Shown here piece by piece: positions 8,201 to 17,400 of a stretch of DNA of 20,000 nt. Each line of letters opens with the position of its first letter. Position 1 is the first letter of the stretch. The stretch covers positions 134,572 to 154,571 of the forward strand of contig JBGAIN010000004.1 in assembly GCA_044225505.1 (NCBI GenBank), read 5' to 3'. The DNA comes from Limisphaerales bacterium. GTDB lineage: Bacteria > Verrucomicrobiota > Verrucomicrobiia > Limisphaerales > SIBE01. A program made the translations under genes and the position numbers. Under the pieces are notes generated by a model that had not been told where the DNA came from, did not search any database, and was given only the letters and a program-made list of their open reading frames with translations.

Positions 8201-11200
8201 ATCGATGATACGAAACCCCCTCGCATCCCCGACATAAGCTCGCCCATTCCCGACGACCAGTTCTGGGCCAGATTCTCCCGCAGGCACGGCCAAAGTCCCG
8301 ACGTCTAACCCACCCAACTCCTGCAAGGAATCTCCAGCAATCCGGTAACTGAACAAACGCCGTGTACTCGCACCCCAGAGAACATCCCCATCCAAGGCCA
8401 GGGTCGTGATCGGAAGTCCTCCGGACACCGGAACATGCCGCAGGACTTGCGCTCCATTCAAGCGAACGACCGCCAGCGACGGCGCGTTGGCGGACCTCCC
8501 TGGTGCGTAGGCGTAACGACCCGCCGCCACCACTGTCTCAGGCACCGCGCCGAGCGCGACATTGCCCGCGGCGGTCAAAACCCCGTCGGCCGAACGCGTG
8601 AAGAGATAAACGCCCGCGGTCGTCTGGGCCGATGTTCCCGGAATGGCGGCGACGAAATCCCCCGCTGTCGCGACGGCGTCGAATAACAAGCCGGTCGCGG
8701 GGAGAACCTGGTTTACCAGCACGGGCGCAAGCGGGTTGGCCATATTGAACAAGGCGAGGCCGGAACTGGAGTCCGCCACGACGGCGCAATCGTTGACGGT
8801 GTCCATCTTGACGGCCGTTCCAGGGGTCTCGCGCGTGGCCATCACTCCCAAGCCGAGGGGCTGCCCATCGTTCGGGTTCGTACCGGAAGCAATCTCAGCT
8901 CCATCGGGCACTCCATCGCCATCCGTGTCGCGGCGCTGCGCGTTGGTGCCACGGATCAACTCTTGAAAATCGGTCAACTCGTCACCATCGCGATCCGTGG
9001 TCACGTCCGGCCCCATCGGCGCGGCAGGAATGCGGGTCGTTCGTCCGGACGTGCCGGAAATGAAATAAGCCGAGCCCGTATGCCCAGAATTGGGATTGAA
9101 ATAAGAAACGATGAAGGGCGTGTTCGGAGGCAGAATCAAAGGGGGAAACCGGCCATCATTTCCGAGTTGGCCATGGCGCACAAAACCAGAACGCAGGTCG
9201 ACGAGGACAAAGAAATGCGCCGTTGCGGGAAAGGCCATATCGACAGCGGGCGTGGGCGTGGAGGGCGCCATTTTCGCGGCGGCTGCCACGGGTCGCGTCA
9301 ACGCTGGATAAGCGCTGGAACCAGCCGCCGGCTCTATCAGTCCCGTCAACTCACTTAACGCGCGCACCGCGCCATCAAAGAGGGTCGTCCACCCTTCGCC
9401 AGCGACCACGGCCGTCAGAACGTCCAATTCGGCAAAGGCTGCGATGAACGCGTCCGCGGCGGGAGTTCCGGCGCGAAACTGGCCGTTGGCCATTTCGGCC
9501 AACCGGGCGAGCAACTGATCCACATCCGCGATGCTCGCGTGGTTGGGACGCGGCACAGTCAAAAGGCTGGCGCGTTCCTCGGTCGTAACCTGCTGGCTAG
9601 CGGGGCTATTGGTCGCCACCGCGCTCTGGACGGCACTGAAAAAATTCTGATAAACGGAAACGTCCTGCGGCGTTTCCGCGCCTGCCCAAACACCTGATCC
9701 CCAGATTTGAGCGCTCAGATTGCTGGCTGCGGTGGAGACCGCAATCTGTTGCTCGAGCAGCGCAATCAAACGATCCAACGCCGTGCTGGTGCTTCCGCCG
9801 ACGGACTCGAGCGCACCCTTTGCTTTGGGCAACGAAAGGAGACTGGGGCTGGGCTTGCCGAGATAGCAGTCCTGGAGCGTTTTCAAATTGATCACGATGG
9901 ATTTGAGCGACCAGGCCGCCCCTAGAACGGCGCCCGCCTTAGGCACGCAACCCAACGCGCTGCCGATGGCACCGTCGATGATCGCGTTGCCGAAGTTGAT
10001 TTGAGCGCATGTCGCAATGTTCATGGAACAATCCCGGGCCGCTCGAGCCGCCGAAGTCGCAACTCCCAGGGCGCAGTCTCCCGCGTCGCCGCCCGTGCCT
10101 CCGGCCGCTGCCAACCCCATGTCCGACGCAAAGTCCGTGGACGACGTGATCACGGCTTTGGCTTCCGCTCGGCAAGGGTTATCCGGACAGGTGGTATCCC
10201 ACACACTGCAATCCGGCTTATCCGGGGGAGGATCCTTGCGGCAAGTGCGGCAGGGCGGGTCGCCGTCACAATCGGTGCCACAGCCGCTCCCGCCTGGGCC
10301 TGGACCGTGCCACCCTGGCTGACGCACGCCCACTCCGGGATCGCTCACCGCGAACAAACCGTCCGCGCTAATCGTCATGCTGCCTTGGATCTCCCAGCGA
10401 CCCGTATCATGGTTGAAGCTCCAAAGCGCCGTCTTCTCGCCAGGGCCCAGCTTGATGCCGGTGACCGGGTCGGGCAGATTCGGGAATTTCACGGGCACCG
10501 GCGTGTCGAAGTTGCGCGCTCCGTCCGTTTGAATGGTGATGACCAAGGGCAGACTCAAGCCAGGTGGCAGCGGTTCCGGCAAACGATCGGGCGGGACGGG
10601 TGCCATGCCTACCATTCCGCCACGCGTTCCGTTGTCCGAAAACAGCGCGTTTGCCGGCACATTAATCTCGACGCCCGCCAGTGCGGGATTGGTGGCGAGC
10701 ACGGAGGAGGCGAAGGTGATTTTCGTGTCCGCTGTAGCGCTGACGGCTTTGAGCGCGTCCGCTTGAATGAGCGGCAGGAAAATGACTCCAGAACCGCCTG
10801 CGAGATTGTTCGTCCGCCCTGGCATTGCATCCCACGCCTTGCCCACAAATGGATAGTACGCGCCGCCCGGCCATTGGCTACCCTCGGCCGTACGCCCGTC
10901 TACCGAGACGAAGAACCTTCCCGCAGGACTGGGCACTAGCCGGAAGAATCCGTTTGTGTCCGTGGTCGTCCGCAGTGTTTCCTCCATCCCATCGACCGTG
11001 ATCGTCACATTGCGTAACGGCCGATCGCTGCCGTCGGCATTTTTCTCGGAAGCGAACACGTGACCTTCCACGCCGGTTGTCGCCAGCGCTGTTGTGGAAA
11101 GCGTTTCGAATGTCAGCTTCGCTGCTCCCCCGAGCACCCCGTCACGATCCAGATCGACCGGTAGATTGTTCGCATCGAACAATGCTGTGCCATCGAAAGT

Positions 11201-11746
11201 CACCTCGACACGGGCGTCGGCGGGCAGATTCTCCAGGTAAAACAGCGTCGCGGTGCGATGATCTTCGCTCAGTTCCGCCCGCGAGAGCAGCTTGCGCCCG
11301 CCGGCAAAGGCAAACAGATGGTTGGCATCCAACGTGGCATCCGTCGAGAGCGGACCAGACAAACGGAAGATCGTCTCCCGTGTCACCGCGACGCCCCCCT
11401 CGCCTTGCGCGGGTGACGTAGAGGCCAACGTCAACGGCAAGGCACCAGCCAACCCTCTCAAGCGAAAGAATCGGGCCGCGTCCGTTGGCTGTAAATCGAC
11501 GACGTTTTGTCCTCCGATCACCTGCACCGTGAGCGCGCTCGTGGACCAGGGGCGTTCGACGCCAGGAGCAAACTCGAGTTGCTGCTGGCCCGACTCGCCC
11601 GGCCACGAGAGACGCACACGCCCGTCTGGTAACGCCACCGCTTCGATCTGGATCTGCGCTTGCGCGAGGGGAATGAATAAGAGTGTCCACAATGCGATGA
11701 TCATCCGCGCACGCGCGCTGGAGCGAAGAGATAACTTAGCGTCCAT
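5198..11746 (-). CDS. Giant exported multidomain surface/adhesin-like protein, copy A (2,182 aa; about 2,400 aa with 4508-5201)
   Basis: Signal peptide (...LLFIPLAQA); FFRL module (about 11455-11655); Ig-like and carboxypeptidase-regulatory-like domains (about 10310-11430); Cys-rich/helical insert (about 9245-10300); DRDGDELTD/DTDGDGVPD Ca repeats (about 8870-9000); LVIVD-like propeller (GLALFNMANPLAP, GFRIIDVANPASP; about 7950-8850); three Ig-like domains (about 6950-7930); then WSTNASGTWESGRNW and Asn/Gly-rich beta-helix-like repeats. Confidence 0.93.
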   Translation of the reverse strand: MDAKLSLRSSARARMIIALWTLLFIPLAQAQIQIEAVALPDGRVRLSWPGESGQQQLEFAPGVERPWSTSALTVQVIGGQNVVDLQPTDAARFFRLRGLAGALPLTLASTSPAQGEGGVAVTRETIFRLSGPLSTDATLDANHLFAFAGGRKLLSRAELSEDHRTATLFYLENLPADARVEVTFDGTALFDANNLPVDLDRDGVLGGAAKLTFETLSTTALATTGVEGHVFASEKNADGSDRPLRNVTITVDGMEETLRTTTDTNGFFRLVPSPAGRFFVSVDGRTAEGSQWPGGAYYPFVGKAWDAMPGRTNNLAGGSGVIFLPLIQADALKAVSATADTKITFASSVLATNPALAGVEINVPANALFSDNGTRGGMVGMAPVPPDRLPEPLPPGLSLPLVITIQTDGARNFDTPVPVKFPNLPDPVTGIKLGPGEKTALWSFNHDTGRWEIQGSMTISADGLFAVSDPGVGVRQPGWHGPGPGGSGCGTDCDGDPPCRTCRKDPPPDKPDCSVWDTTCPDNPCRAEAKAVITSSTDFASDMGLAAAGGTGGDAGDCALGVATSAARAARDCSMNIATCAQINFGNAIIDGAIGSALGCVPKAGAVLGAAWSLKSIVINLKTLQDCYLGKPSPSLLSLPKAKGALESVGGSTSTALDRLIALLEQQIAVSTAASNLSAQIWGSGVWAGAETPQDVSVYQNFFSAVQSAVATNSPASQQVTTEERASLLTVPRPNHASIADVDQLLARLAEMANGQFRAGTPAADAFIAAFAELDVLTAVVAGEGWTTLFDGAVRALSELTGLIEPAAGSSAYPALTRPVAAAAKMAPSTPTPAVDMAFPATAHFFVLVDLRSGFVRHGQLGNDGRFPPLILPPNTPFIVSYFNPNSGHTGSAYFISGTSGRTTRIPAAPMGPDVTTDRDGDELTDFQELIRGTNAQRRDTDGDGVPDGAEIASGTNPNDGQPLGLGVMATRETPGTAVKMDTVNDCAVVADSSSGLALFNMANPLAPVLVNQVLPATGLLFDAVATAGDFVAAIPGTSAQTTAGVYLFTRSADGVLTAAGNVALGAVPETVVAAGRYAYAPGRSANAPSLAVVRLNGAQVLRHVPVSGGLPITTLALDGDVLWGASTRRLFSYRIAGDSLQELGGLDVGTLAVPAGESGPELVVGNGRAYVGDARGFRIIDVANPASPVLLHANTNTALPMRALALSGTGLLLGGQTLNVEVYDVRSDQATNFVTSFALPKLPRDLNLHRGYALAAVSEAGFGVVNFLAPDRGTTPPTINLRAFPSHPPGGQEATEQFFVSTTTSDDVQVRDVEFYIDGASVARSGKYPFAATLRAPQKTDDQSSFVIRAKATDTGGNSTWSEEITLTLLPDLTPPRLLSITPVHNSVPPRGSISSLTATFDSVMRLSNLSTGWALTEAGADGKLGTADDAPVSGGEVAYDTEQLTVLLRYTAPLRSGKYRSQVAASAADLAGNPLGTNVTWDFSIPTPKPVEALPSNQSVWVTDTLRRVEVRFDERLSASSVTSASLRVLSTNLVNPTVLSGGSTSLSANGRGAVLEFTQPIANGAWRIVLTPEIRDVFGSSVQTNLTADFIVKALTLWSTNASGTWESGRNWLGGLAPIFNDHAVIDRPDTNVSVTLNSNPTLTTLRATEEILLNGRRLYVTDTAELLGPLRWNAASTLAGGLIDLRGDALVTGGGTGSPSTGNTFGPNAASLERGTLRNSGHIDVTSGVWLLENNTATIENLASGVIRLTPTTPAFIERDRIAGTRGSDGTSSRLINQGLIEGLPDGRAWRLQTLDFENNGLVRLPNSQLEMESGIFRNTSSGSLEVYGLMLRYVSGALLGNVRLQNGLAYTNNSSSDTLALGGENQDFGTNGIVMYGGTLHVAAPLTIKRLNIQSPWSRLRLGDTLTVSDFASMKIERAEGSGELKLLGTTQYRPPAVGGGVASWNLYDTVHVRNFGTLQITNARVSCYDESLFVNETGGVIDALDGAGIVSGNFINAGQRTSPVGTNYGRIVVQGARDSQFQLANEGRVEIRSGETTFYYSPQRGQFEVAAGATLGIDGGILETNGLVTGEGQVLLNDITVRGRLDIRRAILDRQTPLFDGDHVLRELELKNFSGSVQFRAQGRVEVTEQLITSTNVSTGISEGTLRLHGAQVMGGAGVRNGATLENAGQLTMLGL
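10315..11420. repeat. Diverged direct repeat (paralogous coding DNA), copy 2; partner at about 2275-3345
   Basis: Same shared nucleotide stretches and near-identical peptides as listed for copy 1. Confidence 0.85.
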
Positions 11747-11761
11747 AGGTCTGGTACGGTG

Positions 11762-11790
11762 TTTATCGCAGCCGCCAGTCCGCAGGGCAA
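11762..11790 (-). promoter_or_regulatory. Possible sigma70-type promoter for copy A
   Basis: TTGCCC-N17-GATAAA on the minus strand, ending 15 nt before the ATG at 11746. Confidence 0.25.
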
Positions 11791-12038
11791 GGCCTTAAGG
11801 GTGCCGCAAATCGAATTATTAGTAGAACGGCGCTGCGCAACGCCAGACAGTAAGCACGACACAGCTCGAGTGCCTACTTCGCCCAGTCTCAGAGTTGCCA
11901 TTGGATACACCGAGTGGCTGGCGCTGAAAGCCTGGTTCTGCCACGAGAAGGGTTAGAACTATGGCAATCGACAGGTCTGATTCGAGCATTGTTTTTTTCG
12001 ATTATCAGTTCCGCATAGGGAACCGCTACGCTTGGGCC

Positions 12039-12806
12039 ATGACTTGGACTCAAGTCCTGTGCCGTAGTCGTCGCTTGTCATTTCAATGTTGGCTCGCGCC
12101 GCTCCTGGGGGTGTCGCTCGAAGCAGCGCCGGGCAAAGAGCCGTCCGCTGCGTTGAGGTCTGGCGGTGGCCACGATTCCGTGGTCTTGCTGCACGGCTTG
12201 GGCCGCACCGCTCTTTCCATGAAACGCATCGAATGGGCTCTGGAGAAGGAAGGTTTCCGAGTTATCAACGTCTCTTACCCATCCACTCGCCTGTCCGTCC
12301 AAGGCGCGGCCCAATGGCTCCGCGAGCTGCTTCGTCAACGGATCACAGACCAGACCGCAACGGTCCACTTCGTCACTCACTCCCTCGGCGGTATTATCCT
12401 GCGACAGTCGCATTCGGATCATCCGATCCAAAACCTAGGGCGCGTGGTGATGCTCGCGCCGCCCAACCAGGGCAGCCAGTTGGCGGACCGACTCAAGAAC
12501 AACCGTCTATTCCGAACGCTCACCGGGCCAGCTGGCCAACAGTTGGGCACAGGCGCGGACAGTGTGCCCTCCCAACTCGGTCCAGCTGATTTCCAGCTCG
12601 GGATCATTGCCGGAGATCGTTCCTTGAATCCATGGCTCTCGAGGTGGATCCCCGGTCCGGACGACGGCAAAGTTTCCGTTGACGCGACGAGGCTGGAAGG
12701 AACGCGCGATTTTCTTCTCGTCCATCGAACACACACCTGGATGATGTGGCGGCACGACGTGATCCGGGCCGTGGCGGGGTTTCTCCGGCACGGCTCGTTC
12801 CGATAA
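12039..12806 (+). CDS. Alpha/beta-fold hydrolase (esterase/lipase family), possibly exported
   Basis: VVLLHGLGR oxyanion motif, nucleophile elbow THSLGG, LAPPNQGS, catalytic Asp (DDGKV) and His (THTWMM). Start could be 11961; 12039 gives a signal-like N-terminus. Confidence 0.93.
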   Translation: MTWTQVLCRSRRLSFQCWLAPLLGVSLEAAPGKEPSAALRSGGGHDSVVLLHGLGRTALSMKRIEWALEKEGFRVINVSYPSTRLSVQGAAQWLRELLRQRITDQTATVHFVTHSLGGIILRQSHSDHPIQNLGRVVMLAPPNQGSQLADRLKNNRLFRTLTGPAGQQLGTGADSVPSQLGPADFQLGIIAGDRSLNPWLSRWIPGPDDGKVSVDATRLEGTRDFLLVHRTHTWMMWRHDVIRAVAGFLRHGSFR

Positions 12807-12896
12807 CCTCGGCCGTTCCGGGCGACGCAGTCTCGAATGGAGTCCGACCGACGCCCTTGAATGCCCTTCGCCGTGCAAATATCGGGAGGATCCAGG

Positions 12897-13736
12897 CTAG
12901 CGCGGTGGAGGCACGGGGTTTTGTTTCTGGCGGTCTCGTTCCTGGCGGAAGGCATCGCGGCGTTCCGTGACGTAGGCCATGTATCCAGCTGAATCGATGA
13001 AGGGGTTCGGGCCGCCCGGCTTCAACTTGGCGTGCTTGGCACTCAGGCCGAAATAGGAGCCGTGGGCGCCCAGGAAAATATCGACCGGCAGCTTCAGTAA
13101 CACAGCGAACGCCTTTTCGTAATCTTCGGCGATGCCTGGATAGTCCTTGTTGCCGACGAGAATATAGTCTGGGTTCACATTGGGGCTCCCGATGATCACC
13201 GCTATCAAACGGCGCCCGTTCTCCTGAACCTCCATCGTCCACGTCGTGCATCCAGGCGTATGACCGGGAGTCAAGCATGCGGTCAGCCGCGATCCACCCA
13301 ACTCCACCTTTTCGCCGTCGTGCAGCACGTGGTCCACCTTTGCTCCAGGCCGGCCTGGCGCCTTGCTTTCCACCGCGGCCACGTCGGGCTCCATTACCAT
13401 CAGCCGGGCTCCGGTCTCTTCCTTGATCTGACCGACCGCGCCGTCGTGGTCGTCGTGTGCGTGGCTGATCAGGATGATTTTCGTATCGCGGTAATTGAAC
13501 CCTAGCTGATGGATACTTCTCCGAATGAGCGGAAGGTCCTGAGGAAATGCGGAATTGATCAAAATGTTGCCCTGGGCGGTATTGACCAGGTAAACGGCTA
13601 AATCGGCCGTTCCGACGTAATAAAGGTTGTCCGCGACTTTGAAGGGTGGAAACTCGCGATGCCAATCGGATTGAGCGGCAACGGACAGGGCGTGCATGGC
13701 GATCAGTAACCCTATCGAAAGCACGAGGTTTTTCAT
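12897..13736 (-). CDS. bla: Subclass B3 metallo-beta-lactamase, FEZ-1-like
   Basis: Signal peptide MKNLVLSIGLLIAMHALSVAA; PPFKVADNLYYVGT; zinc motif SHAHDDH (HxHxDH); TPGHTPGCTTW; IIGSPNVNPDY; DIFLGAHG; NPFID. These follow the order and wording of Legionella FEZ-1 as I recall it. ATG at 13736 is preferred to 13910 because it places the signal peptide at the N-terminus. Confidence 0.93.
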   Translation of the reverse strand: MKNLVLSIGLLIAMHALSVAAQSDWHREFPPFKVADNLYYVGTADLAVYLVNTAQGNILINSAFPQDLPLIRRSIHQLGFNYRDTKIILISHAHDDHDGAVGQIKEETGARLMVMEPDVAAVESKAPGRPGAKVDHVLHDGEKVELGGSRLTACLTPGHTPGCTTWTMEVQENGRRLIAVIIGSPNVNPDYILVGNKDYPGIAEDYEKAFAVLLKLPVDIFLGAHGSYFGLSAKHAKLKPGGPNPFIDSAGYMAYVTERRDAFRQERDRQKQNPVPPPR

Positions 13737-14001
13737 GATGACATCGACGACCGGTGACTGCTCCCAAGAGTAGTTCGGACGAAATGGGCGGACAAGGCTG
13801 GATTGGAACGGCGTCTCCATTCTTCTAAAAAGTCCCGACCAGAATTCGAAGAAAAGGGCGTCCACGGACACTGCGCCGACCTTCACACTCCATTTCTTCG
13901 ATTGGCCCATGATAATCCGAAGGCTTGCGAAAGGCCGTTATGCACGCCAGGGTGCAGCGTGGTTGTAGATGTGCGGTTCGGTACGGGAAGTTCCGAGATC
14001 T

Positions 14002-14214
14002 ATGGATAATTTTGGCAAATATACGCGAGCCGCGTCTCTCGCGGGCCAAACCGTCGCTCGCCTCCGGCGAGAGGGGCACTCCGCCGACGAGGCGAAGCGC
14101 CTGGTCACGGCCGTGATCAACGCCGAGGAGTTTGCTGTAATGAAGGGACGCCACCTTTTCGATGAAACGCGGTTCATTGCGCGACTAGAGCAGTTACCAG
14201 ACGGAAAGGGATGA
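14002..14214 (+). CDS. Small helical hypothetical protein (70 aa)
   Basis: ATG at 14002; QTVARLRREGHSADEAKRLVTAVINAEEFAVMK...FDETRFIARLEQLP resembles a small uncharacterised bacterial protein pattern and sits in an otherwise empty gap. Confidence 0.7.
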   Translation: MDNFGKYTRAASLAGQTVARLRREGHSADEAKRLVTAVINAEEFAVMKGRHLFDETRFIARLEQLPDGKG

Positions 14215-14492
14215 ACTGGGCAGGGACGCACCGGGCGGGGCGGGCCCCGCTAAATACGGCCGTTCCCCGCCGCTAAAGGGGCACGACTCCGCGCTAGGGT
14301 TTGAAAACACTTTTCCGATTACGAGCGGATAGCCGGTGATCCCGCCCAGACCGCCAGCCTGCCGAAGCGGTTTTCGAATACGCATGTTCCGCCTCACGGT
14401 CTGACAGATCAGCACGATCGTAACCCAGGGCGAAGCGAGGCGGCCCCTTCGAGCCGTCAGAGCAACTTCGCGCCGCGGTGCGGGATCCGAGG

Positions 14493-17400
14493 TCAGGGAG
14501 TTCTTGCCCGAAAGAATCCAGCTTGGCCTTTGGGCGCGATGTAAGGACTGACCGCACCCACGATATCGACGAAAGGCCCATCCAGCCGGGGCGAGAAGGT
14601 GCAAATGCCCTCAAACGTAATAGAAACTTCGCCTTGAGGCGTGACGGCCGCCCGCACGGTGGGGAGGCGGCTCGGGGGGCCGATCGGAGGCGCCGGCTCG
14701 CTCGGGTTGTTCGAGCCGCCGCCCGTCTCCAGACCGGACACCGGTGCGTTTCGGCGCAGCCAGATGGGGTTCCCGTAGGCGTAGCGTTGGGCGACCGGTT
14801 CGTGCGTGCCGCCGCCCGTTCGGGCAAACGCCCGGACAAAGAAGCGATCGGCGGGAATGCCTTGGCCAACCTGGTATTTATCAAGATCCAGCGTCGTCAC
14901 CAAGGTATGGGAGAAGCGGAGACTGGCACCAGGCACATGGTTCCAGGTCACGATGTCGCCGAGAAACTGGCCGTCCCAGTAGTTGTCCGTGCGCCGCACG
15001 TAATTCCGACCGTTTGACTCATACGAGAACGCGCTGCCCTTGGCCCCAAGCCCGTGGGTGGGTCCATGATCCAGAGGGGCATAGACACGAGGCTCGACTT
15101 TGACGGTAGACCCAGCGGAGGTGGGTGCGGGGTGAACGCCAACATACACGTCGATATCCAGAATTCCGCCGAACTCCGGGGTGGAAATCACTTCGGTCAG
15201 CAAAGTCAGTTTTTGTCCTCGCACAGCCGGAGCAGACCGGTCCGTGCGGGGGGCGAAAGAATGGATGCCACCCATTTGGATGTCCGTCTCGTCGATCTGG
15301 CCGTTCCCGTTCAAGTCAATGGCCATCCGCAATGCCGGTCCGTCGGTCACACAGAACTGGCCGCCCCGCAGGGCGCGAACCATCTGCTCATGCGAGTGCG
15401 CACGGATCCGCCGGGGACCAATTGGGCCCGGGGTCGTGATTGGCCCACCAGGATCTCGGGTAATTGGTGGATCCAGGGTTAGAATGACGGGGCCTTCCGG
15501 GGCGCCAGCGAAAACGAGATTCCGCGGTTTACCTATGGCTGTGTCGTTGGCGTCATCAGTTCCGAGAAAATACCCAGCGCGCCGGTAGTTGAGATCGCCA
15601 TGCGCGTCCGAACCACCGCCCATGAAGAAGCGACGCGGTTCGCCCGGCTGCAACCACGCCAGTCTGGCTTTGTTTTCAAAGTCCAGCCCGGTCAGGTTCA
15701 TCACGTCCCAATCAAAAGCGCCATGGATTAGTGTGTGCTCCGTGGCCCCGGTATTTAACTGCCACGCTCCCGTGCGAAGATCGAACGGAACGAGCTCGAA
15801 AAGGCGATCTCCGGTGAACCCGCGCCGCGCTTCTTCGAGCGGGAGCGCGATCTTGTGGAATTCCTCCGGCACAAGATCCAAACCTGTGATGCCCTCGACC
15901 ACGAAGACGAGCAAATCCTCCAACGGATTGGCGCTGCTGGCCTGCAGTTTTTCGTTTCGCTCATACCCCCGTTCCTGCCCCAGGAATGTTCCCAAGTCCC
16001 CACCGTTCGGGCGGCAGAAATCATGGCTGCAAACCCGGGTGCGAAACCGGACGTCTTCATTCCAGAATTCCAACCCGAGGACGGCGGGAGAGCGGAAGCC
16101 TTTGAGCAGCATGTGGTCCGTCGTCCAAGGAACACTGTCTGGGCCGCGTCCTCCCGAGGATGCATTCAAGTGATGGGCAATGAAGACGACTCCTTTCCTT
16201 TCCACTTCGGGCAGCAGTGGCTGGCCCGTGGATCCTGAAACAGAAAAGGCACTGTCCAACCGGCGGGTGGCGCCGCCAAATCGGCTGGTTTGACTGGGGA
16301 TAAAGGCGCTTTCGTTCCCGACGGTTGGCGCCGAGGTATTGGGAAAGTAAACCAGGTGCTGCCGGCCGAAGAATTGGAAAGATTCAAGGCTTTGGAAATC
16401 GTTGACCAGGGCGCTTTCGGCGTCGCCGATCGTGAGCAGCGACTGGCGAGGATCGTTGCATCCGCCCGGCGCGCAGAGTGTTCCCAGTTCGAACTTGAGC
16501 CCATTGCCATACGGTATGTTAACAATGACCGGGCCGGCAACGGTCTGGATGGTGTTGGCTTTCACGGTCGCCAAGCTGACTTCTCCCACCGCATCGATTT
16601 CACCTCCCAGGAAGATTTGGGGAAACACGTCATAAGAAAGGAAGTTCTGAGGGCGTCGGCTTCCGGCGCGAAGGGTCGCTTCGCTATTGACCCCTCCAGC
16701 CCCATAGATGAGCTCATGGCAGAAGGCGTATCGGAATGCGTTCAAGTCCCTGGCAACGCCACCGGTGGCCCGTGCGTCGCTCTCGAACAGCTTGTCTCCG
16801 TGAGAATGAGCCACTTCGGCGATTTTGTGGACGGGTGGTAAATCAGCATCGACGATTTGCTCAGAACTCGAAGCGTGATCGACGGCAAAAACAAAATCCA
16901 TACCCATGGCGCCCATCGCGCGCACAACGCCGCGGTAATTGTAGGCAGACTCCCCTTCGTTATCCGTCCCTTGCGAGTGGTAATGTAGATCGCCGTACAA
17001 CCAGCGGTTGTCAAAACGCGGGAGCGGCGCGGGAGAGAGATAAACACGGGCGTAATTGCGCAAGGTGATCACCTCGGTGATCGGAAACCCCAAGACCGTT
17101 CTTTGGCGCTCGAGCAGGACTTCGATCTGCAGGGCGACAACAGTGCCCGGATCCCGGTTCTTCGGACTGTAATAGAGCGTGGCATGCCATTCACTAGTTT
17201 CGGCAACTTCGCGGAATGGCTCTGGATCCTCGCCATTCCAAATTCGGCAAACTTTATGGAACGGCTGATTGGAAGGGCCAACGGGCCATGGCCAATCGCC
17301 CGTGGTGAACTCAAGCTCATGCAGCGACCGCAGTGGGAAATCAACGGCGGCCATTTCCGTCGGTCCTAACTCCTTGATCCGCACGGCGCGAAACCGGCCC

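Noticed and set aside
2275..11420. Diversity-generating retroelement (template/variable repeat pair)
   Set aside because: No reverse transcriptase in the window; differences between the repeats look mostly synonymous rather than adenine-specific, and both copies are coding.
33..11798. Many plus-strand ORFs (e.g. 33-698, 5219-6034, 10001-10939)
   Set aside because: Antisense shadows of the giant minus-strand genes; Arg-rich with no motifs, as expected in GC-rich DNA.
12604..13767. 387 aa minus-strand ORF
   Set aside because: Alternative frame overlapping the metallo-beta-lactamase and the hydrolase; Arg-rich with no motifs.
13737..13910. 58 aa N-terminal extension of the beta-lactamase
   Set aside because: It would bury the signal peptide that begins at MKNLVL (13736).
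14235..14250. GCGGGG-cggg-CCCCGC hairpin after the small ORF as an intrinsic terminator
   Set aside because: Six-bp stem with no U-tract on the plus strand; likely by chance at this GC content.
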